A stretch of 64,000 nucleotides of DNA, from assembly GCA_044222185.1 (NCBI GenBank), contig JBGANV010000003.1, forward strand, positions 128,001 through 192,000. The letters are read 5' to 3'. Shown piece by piece: positions 39,485-48,132 of the stretch (positions within the stretch are counted from its first letter, which is position 1; every line of letters starts with the position of its first letter). The position numbers were made by a program, and so were the translations under genes. Source of the DNA: Planctomycetota bacterium (lineage in GTDB: Bacteria; Planctomycetota; GCA-002687715; CAIWVZ01). The notes below the pieces were generated by a model, which saw nothing but the letters and a program-made list of their open reading frames with translations, did no database searches and was not told the origin of the DNA.

Positions 39485-42241
39485 ATGGAATCGGCGAACG
39501 CGGACGAGCCACAGACGGAGCCGGACGAACCCTCGAAGTCCCGGCCCCGTCGCACCTCCCCGTCTCCGCCCCCGGGCGACCCGGGCTCGACCTCCGACGA
39601 GACGCTGTGCCTCTCCGACGAGTTCTCGTCGCACGACTTCTTCTCCGACGTGGAGTCGTTCAAGGACCTCGGACGGCGTCTCCAGGCGACCCGCGCCGGA
39701 CCGGGCCACGACGTTCCCCGACACCTGGGGCCGTTCCAGATCGAGGAGTCCATCGGCCGCGGACTCACGGGGACCGTGTTCCGCGCCCGCCATGACCGGA
39801 CCGGACGTCGCGTCGCGTTGAAGGTCACGCCGTCGAACAACCTCGATCGCGCCGACGAGCTGCGCGCCGAGGGCCGCAAGCTCGGGAGCATCGATCACCC
39901 CAACGTCGTGAAGGTACTCGACACGGGCGAGGAAAAGGGCCACGTCTGGCAAGCGCTGGACCTCGTCCCAGGCACGACGCTCGCGCGTCGCATCGTCGAG
40001 GCACAGAATCGCGCCGCGAGCACGGACGACGGCCTGGGGCGGGCACGCACGAAACCCGAACCTCTCATTCCCCCGGACCTCGCCGTCGACTGGTTCACCG
40101 ATGCCGCACGCGGCCTCGCCGCGCTCCACAAAGCGGGACTCATTCATCGCGACGTGAAGCCCGGCAACATCATGATCAGCGAGCACGGCCCGGCCGTCCT
40201 GATCGATCTGGGACTGGCCGTGTCGGCCGACACCCTCGACATGCTCGACGACGCGATCGCGGGCACGATCCCGTACATGAGCCCCGAGCAGCTCGCTGGC
40301 GGAGCCGGCAGCCTCACCCCACGGAGCGACGTCTATTCGCTCGGAGCGACGTTCTTCGAGGTCCTCACCGGGCGCAGGCTCGTCACCTCCGTGCTGCGAA
40401 GCGGTGTCGGCGGCGGCTACCAGGTCACGCGCGCAGTGAAGCCCGGTGACCTGATCCCGGGGATTCCGGCCGAGATCAGTCGGATCATCGACACGTGCAT
40501 CGACGCGGACCCGGCGCGCCGATTCGAAAACGGGGCGGCTCTCGCGGAATCGCTGGAGGAGACCCGCGCGGCACTCTCGAGCGCGCTGCGTCCGCGTCCG
40601 CCGGTGATCACCAGGACACGAACGATCGTCGCCACGACGTGCCTCCTGCTCCTGGCTGCGCTCGGCGCCGGGCTCTGGAAGCGCAACGTCCGCGGCCGCG
40701 AGATCCAGATCGTCATCGACCGCGCAGCGGGCGCGCTCGCGACGCGCGGCCCGTCCGCATCCCTCGGCGAACTCATGTCCGCGCGGCGCAGCCTCGGCCC
40801 CTCCGAGCGCCTCGACGCGGCGATCGGCGACCTGACCCGGCGCGAAGCCCCAGCGATCCTCGGCGAGTGGACCGCTGCCCTGACGATCATGCGAGGGGAC
40901 CCTGCGGCGCTCGCCGACTTCGACGCCGCAGCCCGCGACGCCGAGGAGGCGCTCGAGGTCTCGCCGGTTCCCGACCTGCTCGGGCTCGCGGTCCTCCGCG
41001 GCGTACTCACGCGCGACGGAAGAGTCGCGGCGACCCTCGCCGCCCACCCGACGATCGACTGCGCGACGGTCGCCGACCTGGATGCCATCGTCCGCCTCGA
41101 AACACACGACATCGCAGGGTTCGCCGACTCCGTGGCGCGCGCCGATCGGCTACGCGCTTCGGGAGACGACGGCAATCGGTCGATCCTCGTCTGGCGCGAC
41201 TACTGCTGGCGGCGGGCCTTCGACCGCGCCGCGAACCGCGGGTCGACGGGCGAAGCGGCTGCGCCGTGGCCGCAGGCGTTGTCGGCGAGGACGCCCGAGC
41301 TGTCGGCCATCCGAGCCGCGCTGCGCAAGCTGACGGAGTCGAGCCCCGGGAACGCACTGGCCCGAACCGTCCTCGGTCTCGCCGCGTGGGACGACGGCGA
41401 CTTCGTCGAGGCGCATCGAGCCTTCGACGGCGTCTGGAGAGAACGCGGAGCGCGTCCCTCGACGGCGCACCTGATCGCCGTCGCGGCGATCGCCCGTTGG
41501 TTCACCGCGGCTGCGACGAACGGCGCGACGGAGCCGGTGCTCGACGGAGTGGTTTCGGACCTGGATCGCGCCGCAAGCGAGTCCCCGCTCTCCTGGCGCA
41601 CCGCTTTCACCTTCGCCGGCGATGCCGTGAAGCGGACGCACGGGCGCGCCGCGGGTGTAGCCCTCTGCCGCAAGCTCGCGCCGCGATGGACGAAGCGTGA
41701 CGAAACGCCATCCGGACTCTTTCGCACGTTGGCCGAGTGCGCGCTCCAGGCTCGGGACGCCACGGACACGCCTTCGAGTCTGCGCGCCTCCGAGCTGGAA
41801 TCCACGTGGGCTGTCGTGTCCGAACACGACATGGCACACCGATCGACCGACGACCGGTTCCACCGCCATCTCATCCTGGAATGCTGCGTCGCGACGCTCG
41901 GTGACACGGCCCGCGCGACGACGGACGCTGCCGTCGCGATCGAGCTTGGCGGACGGATCGAAGCACTGATCGAACACGAGATCACACGGAACGGCGATGC
42001 CGGCTACGACGCCCAGTGGGAGGCGTTGCAGGGGATCGCACGCGTCGCCGACGTGGCGTCGAGCAAGCTCCCTGCCTCCGTCGCGCGCCTCGGGATCACG
42101 ATCGGATGCAGATTGACCGATGACGCCTACTTCGCGTCGGAGCTGGAACGGACGCCCTATGCGGCGGTCCGTTCTCGCCGTCCGGAGCGCCGCGGCGAGG
42201 CGGCGCGCCACCTCGAAGCCTTGCGCGCCTTGGAGTTCTGA
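39485..42241 (+). CDS. Hanks-type Ser/Thr kinase with a TM helix and a large helical (TPR-like) C-terminal region
   Basis: Motifs GRGLTGTV, VALK, HPNVV, HRDVKPGN, DLG, GTIPYMSPEQ and SDVYSLG, followed by a hydrophobic helix. Confidence 0.88.
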   Translation: MESANADEPQTEPDEPSKSRPRRTSPSPPPGDPGSTSDETLCLSDEFSSHDFFSDVESFKDLGRRLQATRAGPGHDVPRHLGPFQIEESIGRGLTGTVFRARHDRTGRRVALKVTPSNNLDRADELRAEGRKLGSIDHPNVVKVLDTGEEKGHVWQALDLVPGTTLARRIVEAQNRAASTDDGLGRARTKPEPLIPPDLAVDWFTDAARGLAALHKAGLIHRDVKPGNIMISEHGPAVLIDLGLAVSADTLDMLDDAIAGTIPYMSPEQLAGGAGSLTPRSDVYSLGATFFEVLTGRRLVTSVLRSGVGGGYQVTRAVKPGDLIPGIPAEISRIIDTCIDADPARRFENGAALAESLEETRAALSSALRPRPPVITRTRTIVATTCLLLLAALGAGLWKRNVRGREIQIVIDRAAGALATRGPSASLGELMSARRSLGPSERLDAAIGDLTRREAPAILGEWTAALTIMRGDPAALADFDAAARDAEEALEVSPVPDLLGLAVLRGVLTRDGRVAATLAAHPTIDCATVADLDAIVRLETHDIAGFADSVARADRLRASGDDGNRSILVWRDYCWRRAFDRAANRGSTGEAAAPWPQALSARTPELSAIRAALRKLTESSPGNALARTVLGLAAWDDGDFVEAHRAFDGVWRERGARPSTAHLIAVAAIARWFTAAATNGATEPVLDGVVSDLDRAASESPLSWRTAFTFAGDAVKRTHGRAAGVALCRKLAPRWTKRDETPSGLFRTLAECALQARDATDTPSSLRASELESTWAVVSEHDMAHRSTDDRFHRHLILECCVATLGDTARATTDAAVAIELGGRIEALIEHEITRNGDAGYDAQWEALQGIARVADVASSKLPASVARLGITIGCRLTDDAYFASELERTPYAAVRSRRPERRGEAARHLEALRALEF

Positions 42242-42321
42242 GGAACATCCGGCGGCCCCACGAGCCGGGCTTGGGCCCGTGCCGAGCGTCGGGCGCGCCG
42301 ATCGAAACCACGAGACCCGCC

Positions 42322-42870
42322 ATGCAGGACAACGGCCCCATCGCGCTTCCGCCACCGCCAGCCAGCCCGGCGCCGCGCCCCCGCATCGACATCGATCACG
42401 GCATGGGCACGAACCCGCTCTGCGTCGACGTCGTCGTCGACTGGTCCGGTGTATCCGGCGTCGCTCTGAGGAACGCCGACTCCTACGTCCAGATCTCGAG
42501 TTTCGAGTCGTCCGACGCCACGGCGCCCCCACGGACCACGCTCCGGCGCCCGCTCTACACGGCGGAGGTGCGTGCGTTCACGCGCGCCGCGTCGGGCGAA
42601 CACGTGGCGTTCAAGACCAAGTGGACCGCGGCCGACTTTGGCGGGGCGATCGACCATTTCACCGTGACGCTCACGCTCGCCGTCGAATGCCAGAGCACGA
42701 ACGCCGCCAACGTCGTCGGTCTCTACCAGGGCCAGACCGTGACGAGCGTGACCCTCAGTGCCGACGGTTTGCAGGCGACCGACGCGCGAAGGAGTTGGAT
42801 CCCGCGCGCCGTCAGCCGGGACACCCCGGTCCCGGCCAACGAAACGACGGACGCGGTGAACGACGGGTGA
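42322..42870 (+). CDS. Hypothetical beta-rich protein
   Basis: Coding-like codon usage and alternating beta-strand pattern; downstream of and co-oriented with the kinase. No recognisable motif. Confidence 0.6.
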   Translation: MQDNGPIALPPPPASPAPRPRIDIDHGMGTNPLCVDVVVDWSGVSGVALRNADSYVQISSFESSDATAPPRTTLRRPLYTAEVRAFTRAASGEHVAFKTKWTAADFGGAIDHFTVTLTLAVECQSTNAANVVGLYQGQTVTSVTLSADGLQATDARRSWIPRAVSRDTPVPANETTDAVNDG

Positions 42871-42894
42871 AGAGGGCGCCGCGCGACCGCCCGC

Positions 42895-44298
42895 TCACGG
42901 TGACCCGAGGACGAGCCTCAACCCGCGCGTGAGGGTCGCACCGCCGAGCTGCGGGAACGCCGTACTCGTCGGGTCCAGGACGAGGATCTGCACGTAGCAG
43001 ACGGCCGCCATGAGCTGCGGATCCGGCGGGATGGCGACGCCGAGCGCGCCCTGACCGCTGCCATTCGTCGGAAACGTCAGGGGCAGTCCCGGCGCGGGAA
43101 GGATGATCCGCGTGACGTCGACGTAGACGTGCGTGCTCGGCGTCACGGCGACGTCGTCATACGCGGCGCTCACCACGATCAGCGCAGACGAGTTGGGGGC
43201 GGCACCCTGCACGCCCAGGGTGAACGACGGATTGCCCAGGAAGGGATTGCTCGTGCTCGTGAGCTGCGGCACCGCTCCGGCCGACGGATTCCCGTAGAGA
43301 GCGCGCGCGGCGGGAACGGCATGGGGCGTGGCCGTCGTGTACCAGGGTGCCGTCAGTGGATCGCCTCGGAAGAAGGCGTCGAGCAGGCTCGCCACCTTGA
43401 ACCGCGCGAGGACGTTCGGGTGCGTTCCGTCGGACGGTTGGAAGTCGCGGCACTCCCAGACGAGACCGTCGCTCCGAGGTGTGAGTCCGTCGGCCCAAAG
43501 GTACGGACCCCACGAGACCCACGGAGCCATCACGGGTCCCATCGCCGGATCGAAATTCAACGACGGGTCACCGTTGATCTGGCTCTCGATGAGCCACTTC
43601 ACGGAGAAGCCGCTTTGGTAGGCGTGCGGCTCGGGGTTCAGCGTCGTGCTCGCGTAGCCGGCGTAGGTGCGGCTCGAGAAGAATGCGGCACGGACGTTCG
43701 TGAACTTGGCATGGAGATTCCGCGCGATGCTTGCGAGATCGGCCTGAAGGATCTGCGCGTCCAACGGGAACGGCTGGGTGGGGCCGATCTCGGCTTCCTT
43801 CACCCAGCAAGCCTGGACTTGCGCCGCGGTGACTCCAGCCGAGGTGAGGCGCTGCTGAACGACCGTCCAGAAATTGGAGTTCGGGTTGGCGACGACGGCC
43901 GCATCCTGGCCGCCCTGCGCGCCGTCGACGACGACGAGCCTGGGATTTCGCAGCGGGTCGCCGTTCGACACGCCGAGGAACTGCGTGAACTCCTGGGTCG
44001 TGTTCGACATCCCGATGGACAGAAACACGATCCTCCCGGTTGCGCTGGGGGCTCCGGAGGCGTCCCGCGGCACGATCCCCGCGATCTGCGCAGCTCCGGC
44101 TGCCGCGTGCGCCAGCGGCCGAACGTTCGCCCCGCCGGGATAGAGGCCGCCCTGGAACCCCTGGTAGGTCCCCGTCCCAAGATCGTTCAACGGCACGAGC
44201 CCCGTGGTGACTCCAGCGCAGTTCTGGGCCCGAGCCGCACCGATGCATGCGAACGTGAGCGCGACGGCAAACACCGCGAGTCGAGGCTTGACGACCAT
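42895..44298 (-). CDS. Secreted SGNH-like hydrolase domain protein with the shared C-terminal module
   Basis: GAGGAGG RBS, signal peptide ARA-Q, SIGMSNT (block I-like), GAQGG, DGTHP (DxxH), and C-terminus ...VCYVQILVLDPT...GGATLTRGLRLVLGSP. Confidence 0.78.
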   Translation of the reverse strand: MVVKPRLAVFAVALTFACIGAARAQNCAGVTTGLVPLNDLGTGTYQGFQGGLYPGGANVRPLAHAAAGAAQIAGIVPRDASGAPSATGRIVFLSIGMSNTTQEFTQFLGVSNGDPLRNPRLVVVDGAQGGQDAAVVANPNSNFWTVVQQRLTSAGVTAAQVQACWVKEAEIGPTQPFPLDAQILQADLASIARNLHAKFTNVRAAFFSSRTYAGYASTTLNPEPHAYQSGFSVKWLIESQINGDPSLNFDPAMGPVMAPWVSWGPYLWADGLTPRSDGLVWECRDFQPSDGTHPNVLARFKVASLLDAFFRGDPLTAPWYTTATPHAVPAARALYGNPSAGAVPQLTSTSNPFLGNPSFTLGVQGAAPNSSALIVVSAAYDDVAVTPSTHVYVDVTRIILPAPGLPLTFPTNGSGQGALGVAIPPDPQLMAAVCYVQILVLDPTSTAFPQLGGATLTRGLRLVLGSP

Positions 44299-44348
44299 GA
44301 CGACCTCCTCACCTTGGGTCGGCGCGACGGTGGCGGCCGAACCGAGGA

Positions 44349-46214
44349 TCAGTACCCGAACTGCAACGACAGCGCGTTGCTCAACGTGAACCGCAGCGAT
44401 GGGTTCCCAACCACGGGCGGTCCGGCGGCATCGAGGATGATCGCCTGCACGGCGAACGACATCCCGGCGAGCGGCGGAACCGCGGGCACGGGAAGCGGAA
44501 ACTGGCACGCGCCGAGGCCGGACGTCGTCGCGGTCCCGAGAGGATTCAACCCCGCCTGCGTGAGGGCCGCGAAGCCCGCCAGGTCGAGACGGAGGATGCA
44601 GCCGTTGCCCACGTCGAGCGCGGGCCCGACGCTCGTGCTGGCGAACAACGTCGCCGCCGAGAGAGGGGCCCCGGTCGCGAGCGTCGCCGCGAAGGTTGGA
44701 TTGCCGAGGGTCGGCAGGCCCGCGCCACCGAGTTGCGGGATGAGGTTGAAGAAACCCGGGCAGCCCTGCCCGACGACCGACTTCTGCGCGAGTGCCGAGG
44801 ACTGCTGGATCGTGATGCGCTGGTTCGTGGTGACCCCGAGGAGGACGTCGGTCGTGCCGTCCATCCAGTGAACGATGACCTGATCCACCGTCGCCGCGGC
44901 TCCGCAACCGAAGTGCGCCGGCAAGAGGTTCTGGCTGAACGCGCCCGACGCCGAGTTCATCAGTCGATATTGGTGCGTCGCCCCGATCACGACTTCGACC
45001 GTGGCCCCGATCGCCGACCGATTGTCCCGAGTCCCGCGCGGTGTGACCTGGAGCCAGTGGTTCGCCGACCCCGAGTTCCGATAGAGCTTGTCGCGATTCA
45101 GCGCGCCGACGTGGATGTCGAGATCGCCGTCGTTGTCGTAGTCGACGAACGCGCAGTCGTAGCCGTTCGTGTTGCTCGCGTTCGCGCCCGCGGCATTGGG
45201 GACGACCTGGAACGTCAGGTTGCCGAGGTTGCGGTAGAGGAGGTTGGGCCCGGCGGGCATCGACAGGTAGATGTCGACGAGTCCATCGTTGTCGTAGTCG
45301 CCGATGTCGCACCCGCGACCGTAGGATGGCGGCCCAAAAAGCCCCGCCGCCTGGGCGACGTCGAGCATCGGGAGAACGCCGTCGTTCCGATAGAGGTGGT
45401 TGGGTTCGCCCGCCGCACCTGCGACGAAGAGGTCGTAGTCTCCGTCACCGTCGAAGTCGGCCCACTCGGTGCCGTACGTATTCGGTGAGTAGTCGACGCC
45501 GGCAGCGGCAGCGATCTCCGTGTAGTTCGGCTGGCCCGTTCCGATCCGATTGTTGCGGAAGAGTCGATTGACCGTCGCGCCGGAGCAGGTCGAGAGGAAG
45601 CAGTCGACGTCCCCGTCGCTGTCGAAGTCACACCACGCCACGCCGTACGCGTGGGCCTGCGGATCCGCCAGGCCCGTCGACTGGCTGACGTCCGCGAAGA
45701 CGCCACCGTGGTTCTCGAAGAAGGTGAACGGCGTCAGTTCCTTCGCGACGAAGAGATCCAGATCGCCGTCATTGTCGTGGTCGACCCAGGTGACGGACTG
45801 CGCGAACTCCGAGTTCGCCGCACCGATGGCGGCCGAGACGTCCACGAACGGCCCTGGGTACTGGTTGCGGAAGAGGTTGTTTCCCGCGAAGTTCCCCAGG
45901 TAGAGGTCGGGCTTGCCGTCACCGTCGTAATCCGCCCAGGCACACGACCAGCCGCTCGACGCATGAGAGGTCCCCATGGCCGCCGTGACGTCGACGAACA
46001 CTCCACCGTCGTTGCGAAACAGGCGACTCGTGCCGCCATTGTTTTGAACGTAGACGTCGAAGTCGCCGTCGCCGTCGAAGTCAGCCCAGCCCATTCCTCT
46101 CGTCTGATCGTTCGCGCTGGGGAACCCGGCGGCCGTCGCGACGTCCGTGAACGCCTGTCCCCGAACGAGCGCACAGAGCAATGCGGTTACGGCGAGCGAT
46201 CGAACGGGTGACAT
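44349..46214 (-). CDS. Secreted CRTAC1-like FG-GAP + ASPIC/UnbV protein with the shared C-terminal module
   Basis: Repeats of (W)xDxDxDGDxD-x-Y/F and N-x-L-F/Y-R-N; ASPIC/UnbV segment NRSAIGATV...SQNLLPAHFG...VHWMDG; C-terminus ...FAVQAIILD...TLSNALSLQFGY. Confidence 0.87.
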   Translation of the reverse strand: MSPVRSLAVTALLCALVRGQAFTDVATAAGFPSANDQTRGMGWADFDGDGDFDVYVQNNGGTSRLFRNDGGVFVDVTAAMGTSHASSGWSCAWADYDGDGKPDLYLGNFAGNNLFRNQYPGPFVDVSAAIGAANSEFAQSVTWVDHDNDGDLDLFVAKELTPFTFFENHGGVFADVSQSTGLADPQAHAYGVAWCDFDSDGDVDCFLSTCSGATVNRLFRNNRIGTGQPNYTEIAAAAGVDYSPNTYGTEWADFDGDGDYDLFVAGAAGEPNHLYRNDGVLPMLDVAQAAGLFGPPSYGRGCDIGDYDNDGLVDIYLSMPAGPNLLYRNLGNLTFQVVPNAAGANASNTNGYDCAFVDYDNDGDLDIHVGALNRDKLYRNSGSANHWLQVTPRGTRDNRSAIGATVEVVIGATHQYRLMNSASGAFSQNLLPAHFGCGAAATVDQVIVHWMDGTTDVLLGVTTNQRITIQQSSALAQKSVVGQGCPGFFNLIPQLGGAGLPTLGNPTFAATLATGAPLSAATLFASTSVGPALDVGNGCILRLDLAGFAALTQAGLNPLGTATTSGLGACQFPLPVPAVPPLAGMSFAVQAIILDAAGPPVVGNPSLRFTLSNALSLQFGY

Positions 46215-46285
46215 CTGCGGGATCTCCGTGCGGCAGTGAATGCCGCGCGGATTGTAGGCCCGCCCCCCGTGACCCGCCAGCGCGA

Positions 46286-47239
46286 TCAGAACGTGACGGA
46301 GACGCCTCCGTGGAAGATCACTTCGAAGTGATCGTTCACGTGCTCGTTCAGCGCCGCGGCATTGTTGCCGAGCCAGAGGAATTGCACGCCGGCGGATGCC
46401 TGCCACGAGCCTGCCGACGGCGGAATGAACCCGAGCGGCATCGCGAAGGTGAAGCCCGTCTGGAAGAACCCGAAGGTGTCGTCGTCGCCGGCGCCGTCGT
46501 CGTAGTAGTCGTCGAGGCTGAGGCCGACGGCCGTCGGGAACGACATCCGGACCGGATAGGACTCGGACTTGATCAGCGTGAAGCCCGGCTCGATCGAGAA
46601 CTCGAAATACGTGCCCTCGTGAAGTCCCAGGTCGGCTTAATTGTTCAACTCGCGAGCGATCGTGATCGTCGGATGAAAGCCGTCGAAGCCGTCGATGTCG
46701 ACGCCGACCGTGTCGCTCCAGAACTTGCTGTCGTCGATCCCGATGCCGAAGTCGAGTTCGTCGATGTCTTTGAACCCGTCATTGGGGCTCGTGTACTTGT
46801 AGTAGGCGATCGACAGCTCGAGGAAGTCGAAGAGCCCGACGGACACGCCGCCGTAGAAGTCCGCCTCGTACCACGGGTCATCGGCGGCACCTTCCTTGCC
46901 AGTCGGCCCCCATTGGAAGCTGTGGAACGTTCCTGCCAGCAGGCTGATGCTGTTCAACGCGCCCGAGTCCGTCTCGTACACCATCAGGCTCATGTCGACG
47001 GCGGGCTGGAGCGTGACGTTCTGGTTCTCGGCCCAGATGCCGCGTCCGAAGTACTGGCTTGGGAAATCGAACGCGAGCGTGAGCGAGAACGGGCTCGCCG
47101 CCTCGGCCTCTGCCTCCTGCGGGACCTTCACGTCCTCCGTGGCGGCCTCGATCGTGGCGGCCCTCTCGGCCTCCTGTGAGACGGCGATACGCGGGGCGAC
47201 TGCGGCGAGAGCCATACCGATGATGAGCCACTTCTTCAT
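46286..47239 (-). pseudogene. Outer-membrane beta-barrel (TorF/Gcw-like putative porin) interrupted by an in-frame TAA at 46637-46639
   Basis: Signal peptide MKKWLII, SQYFGRG, LQP, WYEADFYGG. The same frame continues after the TAA to a C-terminal Phe (GGVSVTF). Confidence 0.72.
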
Positions 47240-47617
47240 GGGAGCGCCTGTCCTCTGCTGACCAATCCCGGATTCCGTCCCTCGGTCCTCGCGCGCGAGC
47301 GCAGGATGCATCGATCGCATCCGCGCACCCACGAGGGTGCGGTTCGGAGGCGGTCGCGGCGCCATGGCGCCGCGCGAGGGAACGATCCGACGTGCCGCGC
47401 TCAGTGTCGACGACGAGGGCGGCGAGACTTGACGCGGAGCGCGCGACACGACTGCCGGAGGACGATCCATCTCCTTTCAGCTCGATGCGCGTCATCCGGC
47501 GGTCGCTCGAAAGGTGCGCGGTCGCACTTCAAAGGACTTGAGATTTTCCGGACGTCACCGGGCATCGGCCACGGGATTCGGTGGTAGCCTCCGCCGGAGG
47601 TCACGAACAAAACCACC

Positions 47618-47842
47618 ATGATTTCACGCCAGCTCATGACGTTCGCCCTTACGTCCTTCGTTGCCGCCGTCTTCTGCATGCCGCCGACCGATGGCGGTGC
47701 ATCCCCGGACCCGACCTCCACGCGGCCTTCGGCGCGCAAGCCGGTTCCGGCTGCCGTCACGCCGGGAACGCGCACGGGGAATCGCCGCTTCCACGCAGCG
47801 GGCCACGTGCAGAAGCACAGCTCCGGTCTCATCAAGGGCTGA
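47618..47842 (+). CDS. Possible 74-aa small exported peptide
   Basis: Hydrophobic N-terminus and an upstream GGAGG with long spacing. No homologous motif recognised. Confidence 0.3.
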   Translation: MISRQLMTFALTSFVAAVFCMPPTDGGASPDPTSTRPSARKPVPAAVTPGTRTGNRRFHAAGHVQKHSSGLIKG

Positions 47843-47954
47843 CTTCCCCGTGAGCGGCATCCTCGGGAATGCCGCTTGCGACGGTCGGATTCCCAGCGGT
47901 TTTCCCGCGTCCGCTGCCGACGATGACCGTCATTCCTCCCCCGGATGGCGCCCT

Positions 47955-47982
47955 TCAATCGCAGGGCCAACCCAGTCGATAC
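47955..47982 (+). promoter_or_regulatory. Sigma28 (FliA/SigD)-like promoter upstream of cheA
   Basis: TCAA-N16-GTCGATAC, compared with the consensus TAAA-N15/16-GCCGATAA. An identically spaced twin lies at 51127. Confidence 0.5.
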
Positions 47983-48132
47983 CTCCGCTGGGTCGCGCCA
48001 TTCGCGAGGCGGAGGAACCGTAGCGACACGCTCGATTACGCCGGCACCCCCTGAGGAAGCCGGCGGATCCGCGCGTGCCCCGGCAAGCAGGCAGCTCGCG
48101 AGCGGCTCCGACAGTTGCGGAGCGTCGTGACG

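Noticed and set aside
46637-46639. Programmed recoding (Sec/Pyl) of the internal stop in the porin-like gene
   Set aside because: The codon is TAA, not TGA or TAG, so no known recoding route applies.
47960-48000. Resemblance to a c-di-GMP-I riboswitch upstream of cheA (AGGGCCAAC...CTGGGTCGC)
   Set aside because: It lacks the GNRA tetraloop and the GCAAAG/receptor elements. The same bases fit a sigma28 promoter better.
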